Below, one piece after another: positions 1 to 10,403 of a stretch of 23,361 nt of DNA. Origin of the DNA: Octopus sinensis (Eukaryota); assembly GCF_006345805.1 (NCBI RefSeq), contig NW_021836625.1, positions 1 to 23,361 on the forward strand, read 5' to 3'. Under the pieces are notes generated by a model, which ran no database searches, had not been told where the DNA came from, and saw only the letters and a list, made by a program, of their open reading frames with translations. Each line of letters opens with the position of its first letter. The first letter of the stretch is position 1. The translations under genes and the position numbers were made by a program.

Positions 1-532
1 ACGGAAAAGGGAAAGAAAGAAGGGAAGCAGAGAGAGGGAGAGGCAAACAAAAAAGGGGGTGCAGGCAGAGGAAACGGAGTATGGACATCCAGAGAGGAAG
101 AAAGACGGAAAGGAGAACAAAAATCAGGAAAATGTGGGAAGCATGAAATGAATGTAAAAAAAATGGTAATATAAGAGGAAATAAAAATACAACAAACGGG
201 ACAGTTTATGTGAACAAGTTCAAGGTTGAAAGTTCAAGGTGAGAAATGTGTAGACGTCGTGGTATATTTTTTAAGGATTTCACATCAATGCAAAGTCACT
301 TTGATCCGCGAAAGAGAGGTGCAGCCAACGGTAAGTATCCAAGAGGTAAAGAAAATCCAAGGTAGAGGTAAGTGTTGATAGTGGTATTGGTAGAATATAG
401 GATGAAAGTGAGACCACGTGAGCGCATAATATATAACGGGAAGCTTTATGAAATAAACAAAAGACGAAGGCAGGTGAAAAACAAACGAACAATTGTATTA
501 GTATGGCGCTCAGGAAATATAAATAAAACAAG

Positions 533-570
533 TCTTTAACGTTTCGAGCCTACGCTCTTCAACAGAAAGA
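533..570 (-). ncRNA. Minimal type I hammerhead ribozyme motif (variant core)
   Basis: Reverse complement reads TCTTT-CTGTTGA-A-GAGC(GTAG)GCTC-GAAAC-GTT-AAAGA. Stem I TCTTT/AAAGA, stem II GAGC/GCTC, loopless palindromic stem III (ACGT). The core has CUGUUGA instead of CUGANGA. Confidence 0.75.
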
Positions 571-742
571 TACACAGAGAGAGAAAAACACAGAAAGAAG
601 GAGAGAAAAAAAATGCGTGCAGTAGCTAACGAATCAACATGGCGATCTGATTTCGGCCAGAGGTCAAAGATCAAACATGAGACGCGAGAGTGAAATAAGG
701 GGAGATAATAGGGTTGATAAATGGGTTGAGGGACCAGCTAAA

Positions 743-1076
743 AGTGCGTGGGAGGGGTCTGGATGTGTGTATGTATAGGGTTAGTGTATGTATTAGTATG
801 TATAAGGGTGTGTGTGTGTGTGTGTGTGTGTGTATGAGAGAGTATTAGTGCGTAAGATTGGTCTGGACGTGCGTATGTATGGGGTTGGTGTATGTATTAG
901 TATGTATTAGTATGTATTAGTACGTATTGGTATGTATAGGTGTGTGTGTGTGTGTGAGAGAGTATAAGTGCGTGTGCGGGGTCTGGACGTGTGTATGTAT
1001 AGGGTTGGTGTAAGTATTAGTATGTACTAGTATGTATTAGTACGTATTAGTATGTATTAGTTGGTGTGTGTATTAG
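743..1076. repeat. Three imperfect 104-120 bp tandem units with internal (TATGTATTAG)n and (GT)n
   Basis: AGTGCGT...GGTCTGGA(T/C)GTG(T/C)GTATGTAT recurs with unit starts near 743, 847 and 967. Confidence 0.8.
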
Positions 1077-1122
1077 TATGGCACATCATATGTGATGTGA
1101 TGTGTAAAGTCATGTGGTGTAG

Positions 1123-1410
1123 TGAGGAGAAGAGGGGGACGGGGGAAGAGAGGGAGGGGGAGAAGAAGGGGGAGAGAAGGGGAGGGGAAGAAGAGGGGGA
1201 GGAAGAAGGGGGGAGAGGAGAGGATGGGGGAGAAGGAAGGGGATGAGGGGAGAGAGAAGGGGAGAGAGGAGTGAGGGAGCAGAGGGAAGGGGAAGAGGGA
1301 GGGAGAAAGAGGGAAGAAGGGAAGGGGAGTAGGGGTGAAAGGATGAAGGACTGAAGAAGTAGGGGTCGGGGGGGAGAAAGGATAGGTGAGGTTAGATGAG
1401 GAGGGGGGAG
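1123..1410. repeat. G/A-rich low-complexity tract
   Basis: Nearly pure purine run. It accounts for the spurious Pro/Ser-rich ORF 1057-1422. Confidence 0.85.
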
Positions 1411-1790
1411 AGTTGAGACCAAATGGCGTATAAGAGCGAAGAGAAGATTAATTCCTGTTCACGGCGCAAACGGGAATCCGGATGGCCTCTGTGTAAGGAC
1501 AAACCGAACACAGATAGGTGTTGCAAGGAGTGACCGGTGGAGCGGAAATGGCGTGAGACCGGTGTGTCGTTCGCAAGGTGGATGTCACGAAGGTGTTCCG
1601 CGAACCGGTCAGCCAAGCGGCGTCCCGTTTGTCCGATGTACAAGGAATTGCAGAGAGAGCAAGAGATGCAATAGATAATATTGCTGGAGGTGCAGGTGAA
1701 GGAGTGGATGATGGGATAGGGTCGATGGTGGGTGCTAGTGAGGCGGGTGGTGTTGGAGAGGTAAGGGCAAGTGCGGCAACGTGGGCGGGA

Positions 1791-1793
<3 letters not shown>
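1392..1793 (-). pseudogene. GIY-YIG endonuclease domain of a Penelope-like element, 5'-truncated and frameshifted near its C-terminus
   Basis: Reading in frame from 1793 gives CSRPRCRTCPY...SFTCTSSNIIYCISCSLCNSLYIGQTGRRLADRFAEHLRDI...PVSRHF...H...RREQELIF. This has the Cys linker, IY/YIG motifs and conserved R/E. The terminal RSYTPFGLN motif lies in a different frame after about 1441. Confidence 0.92.
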
Positions 1794-1839
<46 letters not shown>

Positions 1840-1840
<1 letters not shown>

Positions 1841-2089
1841 TTAAAGAATAAGGATAAAGTGGAGAGGTATTTAATAAAATTATTTATTAATTATGAATAT
1901 ATCATCTCTGACAGCTGTTTCGATTCATAAATCTAAAGATAATTAATGTATAAAATTAAAATCATTATAAGACGCATTTTTTCAGATGGAGTAAAGAGAT
2001 ACCGATTAGGCTGTCAGAGATGTTGTCATATTTTATAATTAATAAATAATTTTATTAATTATCTCTGCAGTTTATCCTTATTCTTTAAA
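1840..2089. mobile_element. Foldback mini-element made of two inverted PLE-type 3' termini with hammerhead remnants
   Basis: Arms 1840-1915 and 2010-2089 are imperfect reverse complements (TTAAAGAATAAGGATAAA... / ...TTTATCCTTATTCTTTAA). The left arm carries minus-strand GAAACAGCTGTC-AGAGA. The right arm carries a decayed CAGATGG...GATTAGGCTGTC-AGAGA. Both ends are flanked by TA repeats. Confidence 0.65.
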
Positions 2090-2761
2090 TATATGTGTGT
2101 GTGCGTGTGTGTGTGTGCGTGTGTCTGTGTGTGCGTGTGTTTGTGAACATATACTGTGTTCCCCTCTATTATTTTCTCTCTCATCCTTTCTCTAATTCCT
2201 ATTTTCTCCTCCACCGTTTTCTATCTGTCTCTCTCTCCCCTCTTTCTCCTTTACTCACTCTCTCTCTCTCTCTCTCTCGTTGCTCACACGTGACCATCGT
2301 CCATCTTTCTTTTCCTCACATAATCATCTTTTTTTACTTTCAGCGCTGTCCTATAGATTGGAAGTATCCTATATCTCTCTCGTCTATCTTTTCTCATATC
2401 AAAGAAAATATTTCTCCAGCTTTCGCTATTTTACCGTCCTTCTGGTCTGCCGACTCTTCATGTTTGTTTTCGTTCAGTTTCCTTGTACTTCTCCACTATC
2501 CTCTTTTAGTTCCCAACTTTCACCTTCCATAAATCCCAAATATTATTTTGGTACTTATGGGGGCAACTGTCTTCGAGGACTAATATTTTCGTTCAATGCT
2601 CGAAATGAGGAGTAGATAGACAGCCGACTACTGATGAAGGGTCTTTCTTTATGTAACTTGTCCTATTTTCCATTTGTTTGTCTCGTTGCTTGCGTATTGA
2701 ACTCTTTTGTTTTCGTATTTCAGGGTGTTTACAGTTGGTGACATCCTGTACCTATGTATGC

Positions 2762-2812
<51 letters not shown>

Positions 2813-2889
2813 GTGTGTGTGTATGCATGTATGTATGCATGCACCTATATATGCATATATGTATATATTATTTATATATATAAATATAT

Positions 2890-3969
2890 TGTTACGGAAT
2901 CCCCCGTCGTCGCTCGCCCGAACGGCCCACCAGTTCGCCACGGAACCCAAAGAGGAGAGAGGAGAGCGATACAACCGCAACCAGAACCTCAGCACAGAGA
3001 TACAGAGGCACAACCCGAGATACAACCCAAAGAGGCACAGAGGCAACAGAGACACTGGATTATATTCAAACAACAGTTTATACGACAATCAATGGTTACA
3101 ACATCAAATACATTTAAGGCAGACATTTAAAGGAAGACATGCACGTGACTACTCAATACATCATGCAACAGATCAACGCATAATACAACAGCATTTCAAG
3201 AGTACACGTCCGAAGACAACAGTTCTTTAAAGTCTCTTTCTGAACATCACAGATAAAGTCACATCAACAAGTCCTTTACTCAATTCTGAACATAAATACC
3301 ACAACTCGATAATCGACATATCGACAGAGTCCTTGACTGTTCTCTTCACTGTTCAATACACCGTGACACATATCAATGCACAACACATACCTCAATTCCT
3401 AATTGAATCTGCCAGTGTCCCATTCCTCTCAATCCTGCCAATTCCTCCGAATACTGCTAAATCCTTCTGTACATATCCCTTCTGCATATTCCAATCGCTT
3501 GCTCCTCAAATCCCAAGATCCCTGCTGATCTGTCCAAGATCCGTCTGTGTTTTTCCACGACCGCTCAACCGACCGCAAGATCCGTCTGTGTTCTTCGACG
3601 ACCAACTACCAACTGCCAGACCTCACTTCGTCTCTGTCCTTCTTCCACTCCCTCATCTCCCTCTGTCTATATCGCTCCTACCCTTTCTAACTGCTCTCTG
3701 ATTCCTTACTCTATCTATATCGCCTCAATCCCTTAGCCTCTCCATCCGTCCCTTACTGCTTATACTCTATCTCTATTTGCTCTCAGCCCTTAATCTGTCC
3801 CTTTTCTTTCACTTCTCACTGACCCTCTTATCAACCACACGAGGTCACAGGTCATTCCAAAACCTATCAGTCCTCCATTAGACAAAGAACCCGTCACATT
3901 TTCACCAGACATGATGGTGCCATTATTCCTATGTGGGTCAGAAACACTGCACTAATTAAACCCGTAACA
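2890..3969. mobile_element. Solo LTR (probably Gypsy/Ty3 type)
   Basis: Starts TGTTACGG (2890) and ends CCGTAACA (3969), a perfect 8-bp TG..CA inverted terminal repeat. ATAT lies on both sides (2886-2889, 3970-3973). No gag/pol sequence is seen. Orientation is not determined. Confidence 0.75.
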
Positions 3970-4079
3970 ATATATATATATACATACATACATACATACA
4001 TACATACATACATACATACATACATACATACATACATAGGTATGTATGTATTAATGCTACCGTTGTTTTTATGTCATGA

Positions 4080-4210
4080 AAAATATCTTAATATCTTAAC
4101 AATTTTTCAAGCCGATCACGTGACGGAATGAGGCTTTCATCCAAATTGGAGACGGACACTATTCCTCCGTGTGATAGGGTTGAAATTTTGTTAAGATGTT
4201 AAGATATTTT
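4080..4210. repeat. Imperfect inverted repeat (about 50-bp arms), MITE-like
   Basis: AAAATATCTTAATATCTTAACAATTTTTCAAGCCGATCAC..GGAAT (4080-4129) is the imperfect reverse complement of ATTCC..GTGATAGGGTTGAAATTTTGTTAAGATGTTAAGATATTTT (4161-4210). Confidence 0.65.
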
Positions 4211-4324
4211 CGTTAACACGAAACCAATGGTAGCCCAATAGATAAATGAAGAAATTCCATCCACCAATGCGGTGTTGAGCACTCAATCTCATTCTTCGAC
4301 ATTAACGTGTGTGTGTTTGAGTGT

Positions 4325-4384
<60 letters not shown>

Positions 4385-4940
4385 TGTACGCATACATATA
4401 CATATATACAGAATGCTTGAATGATATTCATACTTAAAATATTACAATTTATAAACCAACTTAAATTTCAATGAGATCTATTTTAGATATTAACTATCAT
4501 CATTATTCATAATATTATCAAAATTATATAAGACTCGTTGTTCTAATCCGAGTATTTTAGTTTCTTTCGCTCTTTAACTTACTACTCCTTTTTCCCGGAC
4601 TTCCACACCTGCGGAATATTTGTCTCTTCTCCATACTCCCAATGTTAACATGTCGGAAACGTTAGTTGGTACAATATCAATAATTCTAACTTTCAGTTAG
4701 AATTAAAATTGATCTACCAGATTCTGCTACATTTTAAACATGCATTTCCGTTTTTTTTTGTTTATTTTCAAATCTGCTTTACTCTCAATTTGTTCAAATT
4801 TTAGATACTACGCTACATTCTGACAACACTCGCATGTTTGTGTGTGTTTGTGGTGGCGATGCCTCAGAATACAGAATCTGTAGTAAGAAAGCTGTTCACT
4901 ACAGCTGAATTATATATTAAATCATATCATACAGAAAAAA

Positions 4941-5080
4941 GCGGTTCGGCAAAAAGAGACCGATAGAATAAGTACTGGGCTTACAAAAGAATAAGTCCCA
5001 GGGTCGATTTGCTCGACTAAAGGCGGTGCTCCAGCATGGCCACAGTCAAATGACTGAAACAAGTAAAAGAGTAAAGAGTA
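4941..5080 (+). mobile_element. SINE family A, 3' fragment
   Basis: GCGGTTCGGCAAAAAGAGACCGATAGAATAAG...GCGGTGCTCCAGCATGGCC.CAGTCAAATGACTGAAACAAGTAAAAGAG matches the 3' halves of the copies at 18253 and 21388. Confidence 0.88.
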
Positions 5081-5194
5081 TACGATAAAACATATACCAA
5101 TAAATAAGTAAAGTACAAAATAATAAATAAATAGTATATAATTGGTAAAAAGACAAAACGTTTTTCGTGGCAATATTTTCTGATATATATATAT

Positions 5195-5449
<255 letters not shown>

Positions 5450-5743
5450 TGAATTATAATCTTACTGAAAATGACAAGAGATACATGAAAAGCAATTTGC
5501 TGAATGGAGATTGTATTATGCCGAAGCTACACGACTCCATAAAGTTTTAAAATTTAATAGCCACAAATAAATATATTTCCACCACGAAGCTTTATGTAAT
5601 TCTTACTGCGATTATACATGCTTACAGAAAATATTATGACATTCAAGAGGAAAGTTGTAAATGAAACGAAGCTATTTACTGTGGTTTATGCATATCTGGG
5701 AACGATATATTTTCAAAAAGTTAATTCTTCATATATAATCTCA

Positions 5744-6882
5744 TCTCTTATTATAAAAGGCAGATTTTATCTGCCTCCCTTTGTCACTTATAGAAATCTA
5801 CAATATAGGATTTCTTCAATTACAATTTACCTAGCATTTTTAAGAGTAGAATGCATCGGGTCATGCCAGGTCCAGTTTTTAAAATTTAAACCCCAATTAA
5901 GCAAAATTTACAGAAAACTCACATTCTGGTGTGTATGTCAAATGCTTTTCTTAATGTGGTTTACACCACACGCACACGCACTCACACAGTGTGCAACGAA
6001 TAAAATGAAAGTAATTCACTTTCTGTAGTGAGTGATTCTTTCACTCTGCCTCCCACTTCCTCTTTACATACATAGACACGCAAATATATAAATAAAATTG
6101 TAAGCTAACGTGCGTGTGTGAGTGTGTGTGTGTGTGTGTGCGTGTGTGTGTGTGTGTGTGAAGGTGCGTGTGTGTGTGTGCGTGTGCGTGAGTGTGTGAC
6201 AGGAAAGTTTTTTACGACGAATATAAGACCTATATCCAAGTAGCAGAAAGATCGACCAAAAGTGTATATAGATATTTAAATGTATTTATATATTCATCTA
6301 TACACAGATGTATGTATAATGTGTGTGTATATATTTCCATAGAGGTAACCTTTCACTTCATACAAAGTTTTTTAGGACGAATATAAGATCTAAAGTATAT
6401 ACAAGTAGCAGAAAGATCGCCCAAAAGTGTATATAGATATTTAAATGTATTTATATATTCATCTATACACAGATGTATGTATAATGTGCGTGTATATATT
6501 TCCATAGAGGTAACCATTCACTCCATATAAAGTTTTTTTGGACGAAAATAAGATCTAAACTTATCTCTAAGTAGCACAAAGATCGCCCAAAAGTGTATAT
6601 AGATATATAAATGTATTTATATATTCATCTATGCTCACATGTATGTATAACGTGTGTGTATATATTTCCATAGAGGTAACCATTCACTCCATATAAAGTT
6701 TTTTTGGACGAAAATAAGATCTAAAGTTATCTCTAAGAAACAGAAAGATCGCCCAAAAGTGTATATAGATATTTAAATGTATTTATATATTCATCTATAC
6801 ACACATGTATGTATAATGTGCGTGTATATATTTCCATAGAGGTAACCATTCAATCCATACAAAGTTTTTTAGGACGAAAATA
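5744..6882 (+). mobile_element. Putative non-autonomous Helitron-like 5' portion carrying (GT)n and a tandem array
   Basis: A|TCTCTTATTATAAAAGG at 5743-5760 resembles a Helitron 5' TC terminus. It is followed by unique sequence, (GT)n at about 6110-6198 and the 166-bp array. No 3' end of its own is seen. Confidence 0.4.
6204..6882. repeat. Tandem repeat, 160-166 bp unit, about 4.1 copies
   Basis: AAAGTTTTT..GACGAA.ATA recurs at 6204, 6364, 6529, 6695 and 6861. Units share AAAGATCGCCCAAAAGTGTATATAGATAT and TTCCATAGAGGTAACC. Confidence 0.95.
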
Positions 6883-7724
6883 TTTATATATAAAAGAAAG
6901 GTGTGTGTCTGTCTACTCCGATTTAGATTCCTAACTACTCCCACATTTTGCGATGCAGTTTAACCAAAACCGGTATCTTATAGCCGTGATTCATATCGAG
7001 CCCTTCTGGGTATTAGCGCGCGTCTACGATGAGTCGATGATTTTACAAATAATTTACCATCATTTTTTTCCATTTTAATGCATATTTTTTTTAATAAAGG
7101 AAGTAACTCTCAAACTTCACACCAATATGCGTGCTCATATGCGACGTAATATCACATCAGCAGCATTTCCTCACATCCTCCTTGCACTTGGCGAAGGCAA
7201 AATACCAGGGGATGAAAATGGTAATATTGCCATCGATTCCATTTGTACCATTGTTAAGACGCCTTCTGATCTCAGAGATGCAGTGTTCCCAGATCTACAA
7301 GCTAATTATCAGAATATGGATTGGATTGGCAAAAAGGCTATACTGGCCCCGAGGAATAAAACTGTTCACCATATTAATGATGAAATGCTAAAACTCATTC
7401 CTGGGGAAGTCTATGTATATCAGTCTATCGATACAACTCCTGACCCAGAGGACGTCATCAACTATCCAATAGAGGTACTCAATTCCTTTGAGCACCCCGG
7501 ACTACCACCACACTTTCTCAAACTTAAAGTTGGTGCCCCTATAATGCTCATCAGAAATTTGGTTCCCCCAAAACAATGCAATGGCACACGTTTGATCGTT
7601 AAGTCCTTATCTCCCACCGTAAACTTATATCAATATTTGCCTGAATAATCATCATAATTCAGTGCAATCATTAACAGTACTTTCAAGCAATTAAGCCCCG
7701 AGCAACGCCGGGCAATTCTGCTAG
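6883..7724 (+). mobile_element. Internally deleted Helitron with PIF1 helicase remnant
   Basis: 5' A|TTTATATATAAAAG (decayed TC start), an internal helicase fragment, and a 3' GC hairpin CCCGAGCAACGCCGGG followed by CTAG|T at 7721-7725. Confidence 0.85.
7127..7622 (+). pseudogene. Fragment of PIF1-family (SF1B) helicase from Helitron RepHel
   Basis: Motifs MR..., KAILAPRN.TV..IN, YQSID, E.LNS...PGLPPH.LKLKVGAPIML.RNL, CNGTRLIV are typical of Helitron PIF1 helicases. The Walker A region and C-terminal motifs are absent. Confidence 0.92.
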
Positions 7725-7725
7725 T

Positions 7726-8217
7726 TATATATAAACGGCAAAATGTCTGCGTGTGTGTCCTTTATACAAATCCACAATTTTTCAGTTAGAGAGCTCGCAC
7801 TTTCTATGGTCATTCAAAGTCATCCAAGGTTGGTTGTGCACATCTTTACATTTCCCCAGTCACCCCGCAAGTCTCTCTATATATAAACGGCAAAATGTCT
7901 GTGTGTGTGTCCTTTATTCAAATCCACAATTTTTTAGTTAGAGAGCTCGCACTTTCTATGGTCATTCAAAGTCATCCAAGGGTGGTTGTGTACATATTTA
8001 CATTTCCTCAGTCGCCCCGCAAAGCCATTAAAAAATCAATAGAAGTGACTTTTTTGTGAATTTTTTATCCACAATCCAATGAAAATACCCGAAATTTGAT
8101 ACGCCAATTGAATGCCAGCTAGAGATTTGGACAGTACTCGCGTGTATGTGCGCACGCACGCAGCTGTATATGCATGCACTAGCACTATGACCCAGCGTTG
8201 CCGGGTCATAGTGCTAA
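7726..8217 (+). mobile_element. Non-autonomous Helitron-like element with duplicated 5' segment
   Basis: TATATATAAACGGCAAAATGTCTG.GTG... occurs twice with a 152-bp period (7726, 7878; the second is preceded by TCTCTC). It ends in hairpin GACCCAGCGTTGCCGGGTC then CTAA|T (CTRR) at 8214-8218. Confidence 0.7.
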
Positions 8218-8480
8218 TATAATATAAAACATAAATAGATATCTATGAAATATTACTGGCTATTATAGTATTAAGTTCACTATATAGTAATTATTTAATG
8301 TTAATATGTATGGTGGCGCACTAGGTGATGTAGACGCTAGTGATGTCGTAAACGCGGCATCAATACAATAATAATAATAATAAATATTTATTCTGCTTAA
8401 TGTATTGAATACCATTGATCTGTTTGAATTGTTATGCCAGTCAATAACAACTGTACAAACGTGTGTTCCGTCAGCCTTCT

Positions 8481-8620
8481 CTTTCAGAAGAAGAGTGTAT
8501 ACTCGAAACGTTAAAAGCCTTTTCCTCCTTTTTTTCGCTCTCATTTTTCCTTATCATCCGAGCAGAAACATAATACACTGTTTGTTTTTTACATCACATT
8601 CGTGTTATTTTTCATGTAGT
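8481..8620 (+). mobile_element. Decayed PLE 3' terminus with degenerate hammerhead motif (8481-8517)
   Basis: CTTT-CAGAAGA-A-GAGT(GTAT)ACTC-GAAACGTT-AAAAG, with core U4 changed to A. The downstream tail (CCGAGC..TAATACA..GTTTGTTTTT) resembles the tail after the 533-570 motif. Confidence 0.6.
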
Positions 8621-8650
8621 TATACATACGTACATACATACATACATACA

Positions 8651-8680
<30 letters not shown>

Positions 8681-8681
<1 letters not shown>

Positions 8682-8969
8682 CACCGTGACCGACCAGACT
8701 ATCAGATGTTGTTACACATCGCGGGTCACAATGCGCTTTGCATTGATTTAGCCTTCATATGACGCCACCCTGCTGGCTAAGCGAGCAGGCCAAAAGAAGA
8801 AAGGATGAGAGAAAGTTATGGCGAAAGAGTATAGCAGGGATCCCCACCACCCCCTCCATGAGCCTTGTGGAGCTTTAGGTGTTTTCGCTCAATAAACAAC
8901 CACAACACCCGGTCTGGGAATCGAAACCGTGATCCTACAACTACCCTAACTACTGGGCCATTGCGCCTC

Positions 8970-8972
<3 letters not shown>
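8681..8972 (-). mobile_element. tRNA-derived SINE, family B
   Basis: Minus strand starts GTGGAGGCGCAATGGCCCAGTAGTTAGGG (A box) then GGTTTCGATTCCCAGACCGGG (B box). The head resembles that of the SINE at 18987. The 3' end runs into (TATG)n. Confidence 0.75.
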
Positions 8973-9268
<296 letters not shown>

Positions 9269-9576
9269 GCGTAAGGCAGATGAGCGCTAGTAGACTTGAT
9301 GAGTATATTTACATGGAATATAAATAAACAAAAGAAACGAAAGAATCATGTTGAGAATATTGCCACATTCTTTTCCGGCATTTGAATTCCATCTTAGTAT
9401 TTCAATTAATCTTAGTTGTATATGGCCACCAGCTTATTCCAAGCCTATTCGACGAGGATCGTACTTGTAGCCAGCATTCTACTCCAGAGCCACCTGCCTG
9501 AATAGAATTCAAATTTTAAAATCTCATATATCTTGGCACTATATCCTTTAAGTTGCCTCAACACTAACACACTGTT

Positions 9577-9884
<308 letters not shown>

Positions 9885-10205
9885 TGCTAGTCGGTTAGAC
9901 AAAAATAGACATATATACAGTTGGAAAGATAAATATGCAATCAAAATATAAATGGCTTGAATCAGTGTCAAAATATATCGCTATATATTTAGAGAGAAGG
10001 AAGCAATGACCTCCCTCGAAAATACTAATCAGACACAGACTGTTTGACGTTGGCCAACTGGATGAGATGTCTTCTTGGGGCTAAAAACAACAGTAACACC
10101 GTCCTTTATAGGACCGCCACATTTAGTAGTCAAATAAATTTTACGGTTCCGTAGTGTTGCTGTTTATCTCTCGCTCAGAGATTTAATATAATATGTCCCA
10201 GTGTC

Positions 10206-10273
<68 letters not shown>

Positions 10274-10279
10274 GTCTAT
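10206..10279. repeat. (TCTA)n microsatellite forming the 5' flank of the LINE
   Basis: Read directly. The same repeat resumes at 15691-15704 after the LINE. Confidence 0.95.
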
Positions 10280-10403
10280 GGACGTGCTGTCACTTCGACT
10301 CCGAAGGTAATCATTTATTTTGACTATTTATAGCTCAATTTTTGTGAACATTTTTGTAAATAAGTTGTGTAAGGCACCCAACTTTCGTTTGAGTGCTTTT
10401 CCA

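Larger units (their letters stand above)
432..1793 (-). mobile_element. 5'-truncated Penelope-like retroelement (probably Neptune group): GIY-YIG C-terminus, repetitive 3' region and hammerhead-bearing terminus
   Basis: Minus-strand GIY-YIG coding remnant at 1392-1793, truncated at the (TA)n tract starting 1794. Hammerhead motif at 533-570. A tail of about 100 nt ends at a short TATATA near 432. The 3' boundary is approximate. Confidence 0.85.

Noticed and set aside
1-431. ORF 280-531 and purine-rich sequence beyond the PLE tail
   Set aside because: No recognisable protein motif. It may be more PLE sequence or flank, but I cannot assign it.
2596-2645. GCTCGAAA followed by CTGATGAAGGG as a possible permuted hammerhead
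   Set aside because: No consistent stem III, cleavage triplet or stem II could be built. It may be a decayed PLE terminus but is not supportable.
2678-3701. ORFs of 119-158 aa across the solo LTR
   Set aside because: Most start in microsatellites, and none shows gag, pol or other domain motifs.
4652-4670. GGAAACGTTAG resembling a hammerhead 3' half
   Set aside because: No CTGANGA box or stem II upstream.
6204-6882. Regular repeats as a CRISPR array
   Set aside because: Whole 166-bp units repeat with no unique spacers, there are no cas genes, and the context is eukaryotic.
7127-7648. Host PIF1 gene exon
   Set aside because: It lies between Helitron termini and the motifs are of the Helitron helicase type. 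It is a truncated transposon fragment.
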